Below, one piece after another: positions 63,608 through 64,000 of a DNA stretch of 64,000 nucleotides. The notes below the pieces were generated by a model. It did not search any database. It saw only the letters and a list, made by a program, of their open reading frames with translations, and was not told the origin of the DNA. A program made the position numbers and the translations under genes. This stretch comes from the human T2T-CHM13v2.0 reference genome, Homo sapiens: assembly GCF_009914755.1 (NCBI RefSeq), contig NC_060931.1. One strand, 5' to 3'. Each line of letters starts with the position of its first letter. The first letter of the stretch is position 1.

Positions 63608-63701
63608 GTCCCCTCTGCAGGCACCGGCACACACGGAGAGTCATCTGTGTGAATTACCTCGTGGGATTCTGCCCGGAGGGGCCCTCGTGTAAATTCATGC
63701 A
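63608..63701 (+). CDS. CPSF4: CPSF4 exon 5 (gene continues beyond window)
   Basis: [33 protein letters not shown]|gtgagt. Confidence 0.96.
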
Positions 63702-64000
63702 GTGAGTAGCCAGCTGCTCCGCCCTCTACCCCAGCTCCCGGCCCAGGCCCTGCTGCCCTCCGTATCTTCCCTGGGCCAACTGGGCCTTGGTCACTGGGTG
63801 ATGTCAGTACCAGGGCCAAGGGTGGGGGCAGGAGATGGGGAAGTAATCCCTGCTTATGGCCACCAATGCTTCCTGAGCCCGCAGGTGGCTCTGCCTAGAC
63901 CAGGAGCTGATCTTTCTTGGGTCATGGGCCATCTGGTAATGTAATGGAAGCTGTGGGATACAGACAAACATGTAGCCTTGCATATCATTTAGGGAATTTG

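Overview
This is human-type (primate) genomic DNA: GC-rich, very Alu-dense, and recognisable from the spliced proteins as the ARPC1B-PDAP1-BUD31-PTCD1-CPSF4 cluster (7q22.1 from prior knowledge). By reading GT-AG boundaries I reconstructed the last 7 coding exons of ARPC1B (+), all of PDAP1 (-, 181 aa), BUD31 (+, 144 aa) and PTCD1 (-, 700 aa), and the first 5 coding exons of CPSF4 (+). The genes alternate tail-to-tail and head-to-head, with two bidirectional CpG-island promoters and two apparent 3' sense/antisense overlaps. The introns hold a full-length SVA, three solo LTRs (LTR5-type, LTR13-type and an ERV1 LTR9-like), a U13 snoRNA retrocopy, a SARNP processed pseudogene with a locally duplicated 5' junction, and many Alu, MIR, L2 and DNA-transposon relics. 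I found no convincing wholly new biological system. The best leads are RNA-processing and genome-architecture hypotheses: a candidate PDAP1 poison exon, decoy-donor repeats after ARPC1B exon 8, a duplicated CPSF4 acceptor, overlapping poly(A) ends, and SVA/LTR5 direct homology around in-frame PTCD1 exons. Exon numbers follow my recollection of the reference models, and repeat subfamily names are from memory of consensus sequences.
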